Part shown: positions 31,131-41,139 of the stretch, piece after piece | Numbering within the stretch: the first letter of the stretch is position 1 | Layout: each line of letters starts with the position of its first letter | Program-made: the position numbers and the translations under genes | The notes under the pieces: generated by a model | The model's input: the letters and a program-made list of their open reading frames with translations, nothing else | Told to the model about the DNA's origin: nothing | Database searches by the model: none | Assembly (NCBI GenBank): GCA_963845145.1 | Contig: CAWJQU010000005.1 | Span: forward strand, 352,001-416,000 | Direction of reading: 5' to 3' | Source of the DNA: an uncultured delta proteobacterium | Lineage (GTDB): Bacteria; Desulfobacterota; Desulfobacteria; Desulfobacterales; QNYZ01 | DNA: 64,000 nt

Positions 31131-31262
31131 AAAGCCTGACCCAGAGGGCCAGGCTTTTGGCTTGCTACCCCCAGAGAAGGATTAACCGTAAGCAAAGGAA
31201 TTCTACCAATTCGATTTTATGGCAGAGCCTATCGACTCTGACCTGGTCCTGAGGACCAGGTT
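31131..31262. mobile_element. Possible non-autonomous IS200/IS605-like remnant (two end hairpins, no transposase)
   Basis: aaagcctgacccagagggccaggcttt and acctggtcctgaggaccaggt. Confidence 0.45.
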
Positions 31263-31297
31263 ATCTATGTTTGAATAAATGAATTTTTGTACACCGA

Positions 31298-32533
31298 CTA
31301 ATATTTTTTAAAAATAAGACAGGCGTTTACGTTTCCAAAACCAAAAGAGTTGGACAGAACGGTATCAATCCGTGCTTTACGTGGATGGTTGGGGACATAA
31401 TCCAGATCGCATTCCGGATCGGGATATTCATAATTGATGGTCGGTGGAATAACCTGATTTTCAATCGCCAGGCAAGATACCACGGCCTCGATGGCCCCGG
31501 CAGCCCCAATGCTGTGTCCGATCATGGATTTGGTTGAGGAAACCGGAATCTTTCTCGCACGGCTTTTAAAAACCGCCTTGATCGCTTTGGTCTCGGCAAT
31601 ATCGTTTGATTTCGTGCTAGTGCCGTGGGCATTGATATAGTCGATTCCATCGGGCGTCAGGCTGGCATCATCAAGGGCCAAGCGCATGGTTCGGGCCGCA
31701 TCCTCCCCATCAGGTCTCGGCATGACCATGTGGTAGGCCCCGCTGGATAGACCATACCCAACGATCTCCGCATAAATTTTCGCCTCCCGGTTCCGAGCAT
31801 GTTCCAACTCTTCCAATATCAAAACCGCCGACCCTTCAGCCATCACAAAACCGTCTCGTTGATGATCAAAAGGTCGGCTGATCTGATGGGGCGACCGATC
31901 CGATCTGGATAAAACCCGCAAGGAATAAAAGGCCCCAAAAGCATATGGCGTGAGCGGTGCTTCGGTGCCGCCAGACAAAATAATATCGGCCTTGCCGTCT
32001 TGTATTTTGTTAAAGGCCTCCCCAATGGCGTGGTTGCCTGAGGCACATGCGGTGGTAACCACGTAATTCGGTCCAAACAGTTGATATTGAATGGCAAGGT
32101 GGGAAGCAATCGCATTGGGTGTCACTCGCGGAATGCAAATCGGAGGCATCCGGTATGTCCCTTTGTTTGCATTCTTCATTATTTGTTCTTCGTGAAAAAG
32201 GATTCCACCGAGACCGGAGCCGATGATTACTCCGACCCGCTTCCGGTCGAGCCCATCAAACATCAGACCGCTATCTTCAATGGCTAGCTTACCCGAGGCC
32301 AGCCCAAGTTGTACAAACCGATCGACCTGTGCTGCCACCTCCCGGGGCATAAATTGTTCGGGGTCAAACGCCTTCACCTGCGCCGCATTTTTGGTAATGA
32401 ATTTTGAGGTGTCGAATGACAACAACGGCTCAACGCCGGATTTACCCCTAAGGTTGGCCTCCCAAAAATCATCTTTTCCAATACCATTGGGAGCGACAAC
32501 CCCGACCCCGGTGACAACGACTCTTTTACGCAT
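31298..32533 (-). CDS. fabF: Beta-ketoacyl-ACP synthase II
   Basis: RVVVTG, TACASG, INAHGTST, KSMIGHSIG, NSFGFG. Confidence 0.92.
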   Translation of the reverse strand: MRKRVVVTGVGVVAPNGIGKDDFWEANLRGKSGVEPLLSFDTSKFITKNAAQVKAFDPEQFMPREVAAQVDRFVQLGLASGKLAIEDSGLMFDGLDRKRVGVIIGSGLGGILFHEEQIMKNANKGTYRMPPICIPRVTPNAIASHLAIQYQLFGPNYVVTTACASGNHAIGEAFNKIQDGKADIILSGGTEAPLTPYAFGAFYSLRVLSRSDRSPHQISRPFDHQRDGFVMAEGSAVLILEELEHARNREAKIYAEIVGYGLSSGAYHMVMPRPDGEDAARTMRLALDDASLTPDGIDYINAHGTSTKSNDIAETKAIKAVFKSRARKIPVSSTKSMIGHSIGAAGAIEAVVSCLAIENQVIPPTINYEYPDPECDLDYVPNHPRKARIDTVLSNSFGFGNVNACLIFKKY

Positions 32534-32564
32534 TAATATTGTCCTTTTTGAAACCACTTCTAAT

Positions 32565-33758
32565 CTAAATGACACATAATTCTTTGCCGATTTTTTCAAA
32601 TTTTTCGAGAGCAAAGGTAATCTGGGCGGATGTGTGCGTGGCCATAAGGCTAACTCTTACTAAACATTGATTCGGTTGGACTGCGGGCGGCAATATCGGA
32701 TTGACAAAAATGCCCTCCTCCTCAAGCCTTTTACACAACCTCATCAGGGTAACCTCATCGCCGACATGGACCGGGATTATGGGCGTTTCGGAGCACCCGG
32801 TATTATACCCAAGAACATTGAATCCCTCCAGCATCTCCCGTGTGTTGCGCCAAAGCCTATCTATCCTTTCCGGTTCCCGCTTTATAATCTTAAGTGCTGC
32901 CAGAGCCGAGGCGGTGGCTGATGCCGGTAGACTGGCGCTGAAAATAAACGCACGGGAATGGTGCTTGAGATATTCCACAGACAGTTTGTCGGCGGCAACA
33001 AACCCCCCAACTGCAGCCAGCGATTTGCTGAAGGTTCCCATTATGAAATCAACCCTATCCGTTAAACCAAAATGTGCGGCAGTACCGCTGCCCTTGGGAC
33101 CCAACACCCCCAGACCATGGGCATCGTCAATCATCAGCGTGGCCTCGAATTTATCCGCAAGGGCAACAAGTTCGGGCAATCTTGCGATATCCCCTTCCAT
33201 GCTGAAAACACCATCGGCGATCATGAATTTAACTTTATCCACGTCAAGCGTGGCCAATATCGTTTCAAGCTTATCCATGTCATTGTGGGGATAACGGATC
33301 GGCTTGGCCATTGATAGTCTTGCCCCATCGATAATACTCGCATGGTCGTTGAAATCCATGAGAATATAGTCCTGACGATTTAAAAGCGTGGCGATGACAC
33401 CCTGGTTAACCTGAAATCCGGTGGAAAAAAGCATAACCGCTTCCTTACCCAGCCAATCGGCCAGTTCAGCTTCCAGCTCACAGTGGATATCAAGCGTACC
33501 GTTCAAAAAACGCGAGCCGGCGTTTCCCGTGCCATATTTCGTTGCCGCTTTTATCGCCGCTTCCTTCACCTCAGGATGATTGGTCAGCCCCATATAACTG
33601 TTTGAACCCAGCATCAGGACTTTGCGGTTCCCCTTTAATGTCACTTCCGTATCCAAATCAGAGGTGATCTCGCGAAAATAGAAGTAATAACCCAATTGTT
33701 TGGCTTGATCCGCAAGGGTAAAGCCCTTGATTCTTTCAAAAATACGACCTTTAAGCAT
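32565..33758 (-). CDS. spt: Serine palmitoyltransferase-like alpha-oxoamine synthase
   Basis: YYFYFREI..DTEV, GSNSYMGL, GSRFLNGTLDIH, DDAHGLG, PLP lysine motif GTFSKS. Confidence 0.8.
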   Translation of the reverse strand: MLKGRIFERIKGFTLADQAKQLGYYFYFREITSDLDTEVTLKGNRKVLMLGSNSYMGLTNHPEVKEAAIKAATKYGTGNAGSRFLNGTLDIHCELEAELADWLGKEAVMLFSTGFQVNQGVIATLLNRQDYILMDFNDHASIIDGARLSMAKPIRYPHNDMDKLETILATLDVDKVKFMIADGVFSMEGDIARLPELVALADKFEATLMIDDAHGLGVLGPKGSGTAAHFGLTDRVDFIMGTFSKSLAAVGGFVAADKLSVEYLKHHSRAFIFSASLPASATASALAALKIIKREPERIDRLWRNTREMLEGFNVLGYNTGCSETPIIPVHVGDEVTLMRLCKRLEEEGIFVNPILPPAVQPNQCLVRVSLMATHTSAQITFALEKFEKIGKELCVI

Positions 33759-33951
33759 TTCAGTCCTAACCGTGGGTAGCTATCTGGAGCCTTCCAAATA
33801 GGTATGTAAAATGATTATTTAAAAAATAACCCTTTTATCTACCACAATCCAAGTTATTATCAACCCTGTCATTGCACGTAGGATTATAAAGGTATGAAAG
33901 GGCAGGTTTTTCTCTTTGAAAAAGAGAAAAAAGACCGTTAGCATGCTGGCG

Positions 33952-35001
33952 CTATTTTACCAAAAAAATAGTATAATGCGTCGGATGCAAATTGACGCGC
34001 GAAATCCCTCTGATTGACATAACTTCGCCACCCATAAAAATTTTGGCAGCTTGTTTGGCAAGCCAACCCTCCATGGTTGATAGAAAAGAGAACCGTTGAT
34101 GTTCCATGTGATTATTAATCGTGACAATACGCGGATCATTACGCCAAGTGATTTCGATTTCACTTAAATATTTTATTTTATTTAATATTTTCTTGTTGCC
34201 GGTTTTTATTTCTTTGGGAAACAGAATCTTACGAGTTTTTTTATCAATGACATAACCGTATGGGATAAAAGCGTATTTTTCGGAACCGACAATAATATTC
34301 CCGGCAAAAGGCGCATCCTTACCGTATAACTGAATAGCGTAAGCGGCCAAATCCATAGTCTGTTTTGTTTGCCGTAGGTGTTCCATATAGCCAAAGCCTT
34401 CGACTTTCATGATATCCTTTCCGATGCCGATCGACCCCCTTACATGCCCTTCGGGTATATGAACGTACAATCCGCTCCTTTGTTGCCCGATTTTAAACAC
34501 ACCGTCGCCGATAGCTTTTCCCAACAGTGTGTTGCTAAATCTCAGGTCCAAAACAAACCCTTCGTTTTTCAAAGTCTTAAAAACAACATGATGGCCGTCT
34601 CCGGGGAGTCCTGCCATGTAAAAAATATTGTTCTCGGATCCGGTACGAATATGAATGCCGGCGCTTGCACCCTTGTGCTCAACAAAGCGATCCTCGGAAT
34701 ACTCGCGACCAACCTGATGATTTTTATCACGAAAATTATAAAACGATATATTAATGCCACAATTCGTTCCTAAAAAGGGAACGCTCATTATTGAAAAGCT
34801 TAGAAAAACTTTGGTACCATCGTTGAGTACAAAATTATACCGCCAAATCTCGTTGTATTTAATCTCGCTTTGGGTATGCCGAAAAAAATCCGCAGCTGTG
34901 AGTTCTCGTTCCGTCCCTCTGGGAAAAACAATTTCCTGAGCAAATGCGGTCATGCCGACATAAAAAACCAGCTGACCTATGACCAAAAATATGCTTTTCA
35001 T
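33952..35001 (-). CDS. Exported hypothetical protein, possibly AttH/CrtC/Svf1-like barrel
   Basis: Signal peptide (AFA/QE); E.W.YNF..DG and GFGYMEH motifs. Confidence 0.5.
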   Translation of the reverse strand: MKSIFLVIGQLVFYVGMTAFAQEIVFPRGTERELTAADFFRHTQSEIKYNEIWRYNFVLNDGTKVFLSFSIMSVPFLGTNCGINISFYNFRDKNHQVGREYSEDRFVEHKGASAGIHIRTGSENNIFYMAGLPGDGHHVVFKTLKNEGFVLDLRFSNTLLGKAIGDGVFKIGQQRSGLYVHIPEGHVRGSIGIGKDIMKVEGFGYMEHLRQTKQTMDLAAYAIQLYGKDAPFAGNIIVGSEKYAFIPYGYVIDKKTRKILFPKEIKTGNKKILNKIKYLSEIEITWRNDPRIVTINNHMEHQRFSFLSTMEGWLAKQAAKIFMGGEVMSIRGISRVNLHPTHYTIFLVK

Positions 35002-35236
35002 TCGCTCCTTTGCCTAAAAAAACGGATATACAATTCAAAACCAAATTGCATTTGGATCCCAAAACGCCACCGACCGCTTTCTTATTCCTACACCTTGCAT
35101 AGATAGGGAAACAAGCTGTTATATTGCCTTCGTATGTATCTTGTGATAAATGTACAATAATTCAAAGGTAGGGTCCCCGTGTTACCGTCTAGTATCGTGT
35201 AGGGTTTTTATAACCGATGAGTTCTACAGAAAAAAA

Positions 35237-36088
35237 ATGGTCTCGAAATTTGCATCGAACGCACCGGCAAACCGCCGATATGAAAAAGACACATTTTCCA
35301 TCATACTTCCCTTCTATAACGAAGCCGGTTACCTGGAGCAGACCCTGACCTGCTGGTTGGCGCAAACACGAAGGCCCGATCAGATCATACTAATAGACAA
35401 TGGTTCCACTGACGGTTCCCCAGACATCGCAAGACGCATACTGGCGGGCGTCTGCAATATCAGCATCGTCTATCTACAGGAACCCCGTCCCGGAAAAGTC
35501 CATGCGCTGGAAACCGGGTGCCAAGCTATAGCCGGTGAGTTTGCCGTCATGTCCGACGCCGATACCCGCTACCCCCCTCATTACCTCCAGCTTTGTGAAC
35601 AGCTTTTTGCTGAAACGGATGAACAAACAGCCGTGCTCATGGCCTTGCCGGAGACCGACCAACCCCAAGCTCGCCTTTCCCGGTATCGTCGCCGCTATTT
35701 TATCACCCTGCATAAGCTGTCTAAAAAGCACACTTTAACCGGTGGATACGGCCAGGTCTTTAGAACCAAAGCGCTCTGGAAAGCCGGCGGATTTTCCGAA
35801 AAACACTGGCCCCACGTGCTTATGGACCACGAAATCATGTACCGTATCTTTAAATTCGGCCGATCCCGATACCATATGGACCTTTGGTGTCAGTCCTCCC
35901 AGCGGCGTAAAAATCGCCGCCGGGTAAGATGGAATCTGCCGGAACGAATCTTATATGCACTCACGCCCCATTCGCTCCAGGGATGGTTCTTCTATAACTT
36001 CCTAAACCACCGCTTTTCTAAACGGGGCTTGAACCATCTCCGGCTGAGGGAGAAACCATGGCAAATGCCGAAAACCAACCCAAAATAA
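35237..36088 (+). CDS. GT2 glycosyltransferase
   Basis: ILPFYNE, DNGSTD, DAD, GGF. Confidence 0.85.
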   Translation: MVSKFASNAPANRRYEKDTFSIILPFYNEAGYLEQTLTCWLAQTRRPDQIILIDNGSTDGSPDIARRILAGVCNISIVYLQEPRPGKVHALETGCQAIAGEFAVMSDADTRYPPHYLQLCEQLFAETDEQTAVLMALPETDQPQARLSRYRRRYFITLHKLSKKHTLTGGYGQVFRTKALWKAGGFSEKHWPHVLMDHEIMYRIFKFGRSRYHMDLWCQSSQRRKNRRRVRWNLPERILYALTPHSLQGWFFYNFLNHRFSKRGLNHLRLREKPWQMPKTNPK

Positions 36089-36333
36089 TTTGCCTCATGG
36101 TGACCGCCTACCGATCCCGGCTGTTAAAACGGTCCCTGCTTGCTTATCGCAAACAGCGCCATAAAAACACCGAACTGATTGTCGAAGATGACGACAAAGG
36201 GGACTTGGCTCCTCTTTTGAGGGAGCTTCCCGGTGGAATCAAGTATTTGAAAATTGAAAAAAAAGCGGGAATTGAGCGGCGTCTGAAGTCGGTTTTTCAA
36301 TACAACTCCCGATTGCCTGCAGAAAAAGGGTAA
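36058..36333 (+). pseudogene. Truncated GT2 fragment homologous to 39118-39912
   Basis: PKIICLMVT..Q..KN.ELIVEDD aligns with PKVSCLMVT..Q..KNKELVILDD. Confidence 0.65.
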
Positions 36334-36336
36334 CCA

Positions 36337-37434
36337 ATGCGTATTGCCTTGATTCTCACCTATCCACTTTACTATGACGGTGTTCCCATGGATCAATGGA
36401 TAGCACAGCCTTGCCGGGAGCGGCGCCTGGCTGGCTTGGTTGCCGCCGAGGGGCACCGAGTTGAGTTTTGGGCGGTGGGTAAAGAAGAGACGCATTTTGC
36501 CTGCAACGATTGTGGGGGTAAATTTACGATCCGTATCTTCAAAGCCGACCATAAAGGTCGGCGCACGAAACATGATGCCAGTGACTTGTTGGTGGATCAT
36601 GCCCGCGCCTTTAATGCGGATCTGCATATTTTAAAAGGGGTGGACGGTGGTGCCGGCACCTTGCTTATTCGCAATTATCTGAAAAAAAGGCGCTGTTCTC
36701 TGGCCCTCATTCTAGGTGGTGGTTATCAATCCCGTTACTATTCCCTGGCTCGGATCGTCTTTTATGAAAGCGAGGTGCAGAAGCGACGCCTTATGGCGCC
36801 AGGGTGGCGGTTTTGGCAAACAAAACCGGATACGAAGGCATTCATTCGACTCCCCAAATGGGTGGATAATCAGGTCTTTGTTCCGCAGAACCTTCAAAAA
36901 AAATGGGACATATTGATAATCGGGCGTTTGGTTCAGCGGAAAAAAAATTACGACGCCCTGGGCATCCTATCGGAACATTTCCGTGTGGCTGTAATCGGTG
37001 ATGGTGACGACGCCCCCCGACTGCGGGCCTCCTATCCCAAAGTCCAATGGCTGGGCTTTGTACCCAACCGGGAACTGCCGGGGTATATCAACCGGGCGCA
37101 CTTGCTCATGCATACCAGCTTAAGGGAATTTTACCCTCGGGTGGTGGCGGAAGCTCTGACCTGCGGTGTGCCCTGTGTTGCTTTTGCCGGTCCCATTGCC
37201 GAAGATGTAATACCAGTTGAATGCGGTCTGTTGCTGGACCCTAAAGATTATATTTCTCCCTTGGGGGAACTGTTGGGCGACAAAGAGAGACGGCGAAAAA
37301 TGGGAGAACAGGCGGTGCGGCATGCCCGCGCGCACATCGGTAAAGAGGCGTGCCTGACCGCCCTGAAGAAAATGTTCGGCCGTGTGGCAGAGGACGCCCG
37401 AATAGGCTGTCCCGACGATGCGCAATCTGTTTGA
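36337..37434 (+). CDS. GT4-type glycosyltransferase
   Basis: IGRL, EFYPRVVAEALTCGVP. Confidence 0.82.
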   Translation: MRIALILTYPLYYDGVPMDQWIAQPCRERRLAGLVAAEGHRVEFWAVGKEETHFACNDCGGKFTIRIFKADHKGRRTKHDASDLLVDHARAFNADLHILKGVDGGAGTLLIRNYLKKRRCSLALILGGGYQSRYYSLARIVFYESEVQKRRLMAPGWRFWQTKPDTKAFIRLPKWVDNQVFVPQNLQKKWDILIIGRLVQRKKNYDALGILSEHFRVAVIGDGDDAPRLRASYPKVQWLGFVPNRELPGYINRAHLLMHTSLREFYPRVVAEALTCGVPCVAFAGPIAEDVIPVECGLLLDPKDYISPLGELLGDKERRRKMGEQAVRHARAHIGKEACLTALKKMFGRVAEDARIGCPDDAQSV

Positions 37435-37478
37435 TTTCGCTGTTAGCCACCGGCATGAAAAACGAAGGTAACGTCAGG

Positions 37479-38495
37479 ATGAACCAAATGAACTTTTTTT
37501 CGGACCGTTTGCGCCGCCTTAAAGCGTGGGGCGAAACCCCTTCCGGCAAACGGACGGCCAAACTGGCAGGGCTGTTATTTACAATTGGAATAGCGCTTTA
37601 CCTGGCATACAAGCTTACCCTTATCGGTTGGCATAAAGTGTGGCAAGCGTTGCCTGTCACACCTTGGTTTTATGTGCTCATGTTAGGTATCTTTTTCTGC
37701 CTGCCCTTTTTCCAGGTGATGATTTACCGTGTGGCCTGGAATGGGCGCACCGCAGCGTGGCCTCTTTTCCTGGCTTTGCTGAATAAGCGGGCGTTGGATA
37801 AAGATGTCATGGGTTATTCAGGGGAAGTTTACCTTTATGCGTGGGCGCGCAAGCATGTGGGTCAATCTGGAAAAGTGACATTGCAGACCATGAAAGATAA
37901 TGTGATCCTTTCTTCAACGGCCTCAACGATAGTGGCCGCGGTTTTGCTGGCAATCTTTTTTGCTATGGGTCGGGTACACCTTCCCGAAAAGTGGGTCAGT
38001 CCTGTGTTTCTTTTTATCATCATTTTTGCCCTTGTGGGAGTGCCGGCTGGTGTTCTTATTTTTAAATTTAAAAAAAGTATTTTGTTTCTACCCATGAAAC
38101 CGGTACTGGTAATATTTGGTTTGCATATCATCCGTTTATTGGTCGTCCAGGGTTTGCAGGTTATTCAGTGGGCGGTGGTGATGCCTGAAATTCCTTTGAC
38201 GAACTGGTTTACCCTTTTAGCGGCGCAGATCATTATCTCCCGCCTTCCGCTGTTACCCAGCCGGGACCTGATCTTTTTGGGAACCGGGCTGGAGCTTTCA
38301 ACCTTCATCAGCATCAATACCTCCGCCATGGCCGGCCTGCTCCTGGCAGCATCGGTATTGAGTAAAACGCTTAACCTGTTTTTCTTTATCGTGGTCTTTT
38401 GGATTACCCGTAAGCATCCGGACCCGACGGTGGAAGCGTCTCTTTTTCCCGACAAAGAGGATAGCCGTGCAAATGGGTGTACCTCCTCTGCATGA
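37479..38495 (+). CDS. Polytopic membrane protein (flippase-like, tentative)
   Basis: About 8 hydrophobic segments, within the GT run. Confidence 0.55.
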   Translation: MNQMNFFSDRLRRLKAWGETPSGKRTAKLAGLLFTIGIALYLAYKLTLIGWHKVWQALPVTPWFYVLMLGIFFCLPFFQVMIYRVAWNGRTAAWPLFLALLNKRALDKDVMGYSGEVYLYAWARKHVGQSGKVTLQTMKDNVILSSTASTIVAAVLLAIFFAMGRVHLPEKWVSPVFLFIIIFALVGVPAGVLIFKFKKSILFLPMKPVLVIFGLHIIRLLVVQGLQVIQWAVVMPEIPLTNWFTLLAAQIIISRLPLLPSRDLIFLGTGLELSTFISINTSAMAGLLLAASVLSKTLNLFFFIVVFWITRKHPDPTVEASLFPDKEDSRANGCTSSA

Positions 38496-38559
38496 TGGTA
38501 ACCCGCCGTTTCATTGAATATCTCCGTCTCCATCCACGCATGCAATCCATCTACCGACG

Positions 38560-38925
38560 GCAAAATTATTCTGAATGCGGTGGACAAGAACGAATACTAC
38601 GAACTTGAAAACAAAAATAAACTCGAAATTGAGTATGCCGTTGAAAAAGAGCCCGTGGGTATAGGTGGAGGAATATCCAGTGCCTTGCAGAAGATCTCAA
38701 GCGAGAAAGCTTTTTTTACTTAATGGCGGGGTTTATGTGTTGCAGAAAAAACTTTTTGACCAAGCCACCTTACCAAAAAAATTCTCATTTGAAACCGACA
38801 TAATGGAAGCATTTGTTGAAGACAACAATTTCCAGGGTTTCAAATCAAAAGGTTATTTTATTGATATTGGTATAACCCAAGACTACGAAAAAGCGCAAAA
38901 AGAGCTTCCCAAAATAGGCATTTGA
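38560..38925 (+). pseudogene. Sugar-phosphate nucleotidyltransferase remnant
   Basis: EKEPVGIGGGI, then NGGVYV..FSFE..FIDIG..DY in another frame; N-terminus missing. Confidence 0.65.
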
Positions 38926-39117
38926 ATATTTTCTGAAGCCGATGGTTCTGAACTGTGGAAAAAAGTTCACCCAAAAATCCTGAAAGAAAAATCTGGGTAT
39001 CTGCCCCGCCCAGCGGCAGGGCCTATCGCACAAGCGTCAGGTCGATGTCAAACAGGACGAGCCGGTGAAACACGCTGACTTCCTTGGTGGAGGGTGTTTA
39101 GGCCTAAGGGTTCGGAA

Positions 39118-39912
39118 TCAGGCGGTCTCCCCGCGTTCGGAAAAGAGCCCTAGCCGGCGGCTATCGGTTAAAAACAGCTCGCAGGCTTGACGCTCCGCCT
39201 CGTTGAGCTGAAAGGCTGGGTGTGTCAGCAGTTCGCCTCGTGCGTAGCGGGCGAACAGGTACTGCGCCAAATGCAGCGGTGTGTTGCGCAGCCGCCGCAG
39301 GAAGTGAGCCTTGTCCCAAGTGTTGTCGCCGTGGTGGCAACGGATGAACAACTGTGATGCCTCCCGCCCGAAGGCTGTGTAGCGGCCCCGGTCGCGAAAG
39401 AGGTCGCGGAAGAAGTCGTCCTCGCCCTTTTCTTCGTTGCGGTAACGCAAGCCTTCGATTTTCTTGTGGATGATGGTTCCCGAAGTCCCGCCTGAAAGCT
39501 TGGCTCTAAACGGCCGTTCAAGGAAATTCCCCTGGTCGAGATGCATCAGCGTCCACTCGCAGGTGCAGGCTTTGCTGCCTTGTAGAAGCGGAGCCATCTG
39601 TCGCTCGATGCGCTCGGGATGGTACCAGTCGTCGTCATCCCACTGGGCGCAGTAATCACCCTCGGCGGCATCGATGGCGAGATTGCGAAGCTCGCCAAGG
39701 AACCTTCCCTCAACCTCCGGCAGCTTCTCGTAACGGATTGTGAGGCGCTCGCGATAGGGCGCGAGCATGGGCTCGTAATCCTCGGCGCCGTCGTCGAGGA
39801 TCACGAGTTCCTTGTTCTTCCAGCTTTGATTGGTGAAGCACTTGACCGCTCGCTCGGCGAGACGCACACGGTTGCGGGTTACCATCAGGCAGCTTACTTT
39901 TGGTTCGTCCAT
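39118..39912 (-). CDS. GT2 glycosyltransferase
   Basis: SCLMVT, ILDDG, LRN, WDDDD, GED; GGAGG RBS. Confidence 0.85.
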   Translation of the reverse strand: MDEPKVSCLMVTRNRVRLAERAVKCFTNQSWKNKELVILDDGAEDYEPMLAPYRERLTIRYEKLPEVEGRFLGELRNLAIDAAEGDYCAQWDDDDWYHPERIERQMAPLLQGSKACTCEWTLMHLDQGNFLERPFRAKLSGGTSGTIIHKKIEGLRYRNEEKGEDDFFRDLFRDRGRYTAFGREASQLFIRCHHGDNTWDKAHFLRRLRNTPLHLAQYLFARYARGELLTHPAFQLNEAERQACELFLTDSRRLGLFSERGETA

Positions 39913-40157
39913 GAAATGCCTCCTTGGCGGCGGATCGACACAAGGAGGTTATAGACCAGCAAACTGAATCATTCCATTACTTTTTACAGAAACCCCTTAC
40001 TTTCTATAATTTTGTCAGACTGATACATTTTAAAGAATGAAAACAATAAAATTGAGCTTCTTCTAAACTTTCTAAGTTTATAATAATCTCAGGTTATTTG
40101 TATTTATCTACGGAAGAATGGGGGCCATTGTCAACCAGGAACGCGGGTAAAAAAACT

Positions 40158-40367
40158 AGTGAATTTCCATTTTTCGGGAAAATCTGACGCCCTGTAAAGC
40201 CGAACCGATGAAACCGCGTTGCTTTCGGGAATCATGTAATAATGGCCGCCATGCTCGAAAACATACGGTTAAGATAGATGAAACGGCTCGTTTAGAACGA
40301 TTTTCCCATATGTCCAGTAAAGACCGTCCTCGCTTTTCGCATATCCGATATCGCCTTGATGGTTTGT
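40158..40367 (-). pseudogene. Diverged internal copy of part of gene 42906-43973
   Basis: Aligns by eye with 43367-43577, with scattered substitutions. Confidence 0.88.
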
Positions 40368-41139
40368 AAATCAATTTATCTCTCAATGCCATATATTGTA
40401 TAGGTAATTTTTTGTTATTGTGGCAATGAAATGGTTAGCGGGCTTATCTGGGACGAATCTGAAAGCCGGAACTTTGTGACCGATAATGTCGGTGTCAACC
40501 ACCGTTCCCCCAACTTTACATCTACTTTTGGGAAATAAATTTATTGAAGGTCTTGGCGGCGTGATTTCCAAATGCGGTTGTCCTGATATCCATTGCAGGA
40601 CAGGTGTACCGATTTTTATTCCACAGTACATTAATTGTTGATTGTTGCTTGATTTTATTCTAAATAAGCGCACGTTCATTTACGGTTATTAGCTGAATCT
40701 GTTTTTGTGTCCTGTATATTTTGAGCCTGAATTGAAAAGGAGCGGAAATGAAACTGAATCGGAAATTGGCACGCCTATTCGCAGCACTTATCTTGCAGCA
40801 TTCAAGGCCAACGAGCTTGGTGAGACCCCTCCCGTCGCTCCCAACACCACCATGATGGAACAGACAATCCCAATGGTCGCAAGCAAAACCTACGGGTAAA
40901 AATTATTGTTAAGGTAGCTAAATACTTCTTAGGATTCGGCCATTGCGAAATTTTATTCGTTGGGCTGTCCGCGGGTAGTATTTATTCAAACAATGATATT
41001 GAAACCATTTTTCATTTTTTCGATCACTTGGTATTAGGCAATTAAAAGGCGGATTCGATTGTAAAACAGCCTGTTATGATCTGACTGCTTACTTTCTTTT
41101 AATGTTGTGTGGTTTTAAAATATTTTGTTTAAGGAGATA

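Noticed and set aside
32565..33758. bioF or kbl annotation
   Set aside because: GTFSKS motif, SPT-like N-terminus and ACP/bCerS-like neighbours favour SPT; no biotin or tdh genes nearby
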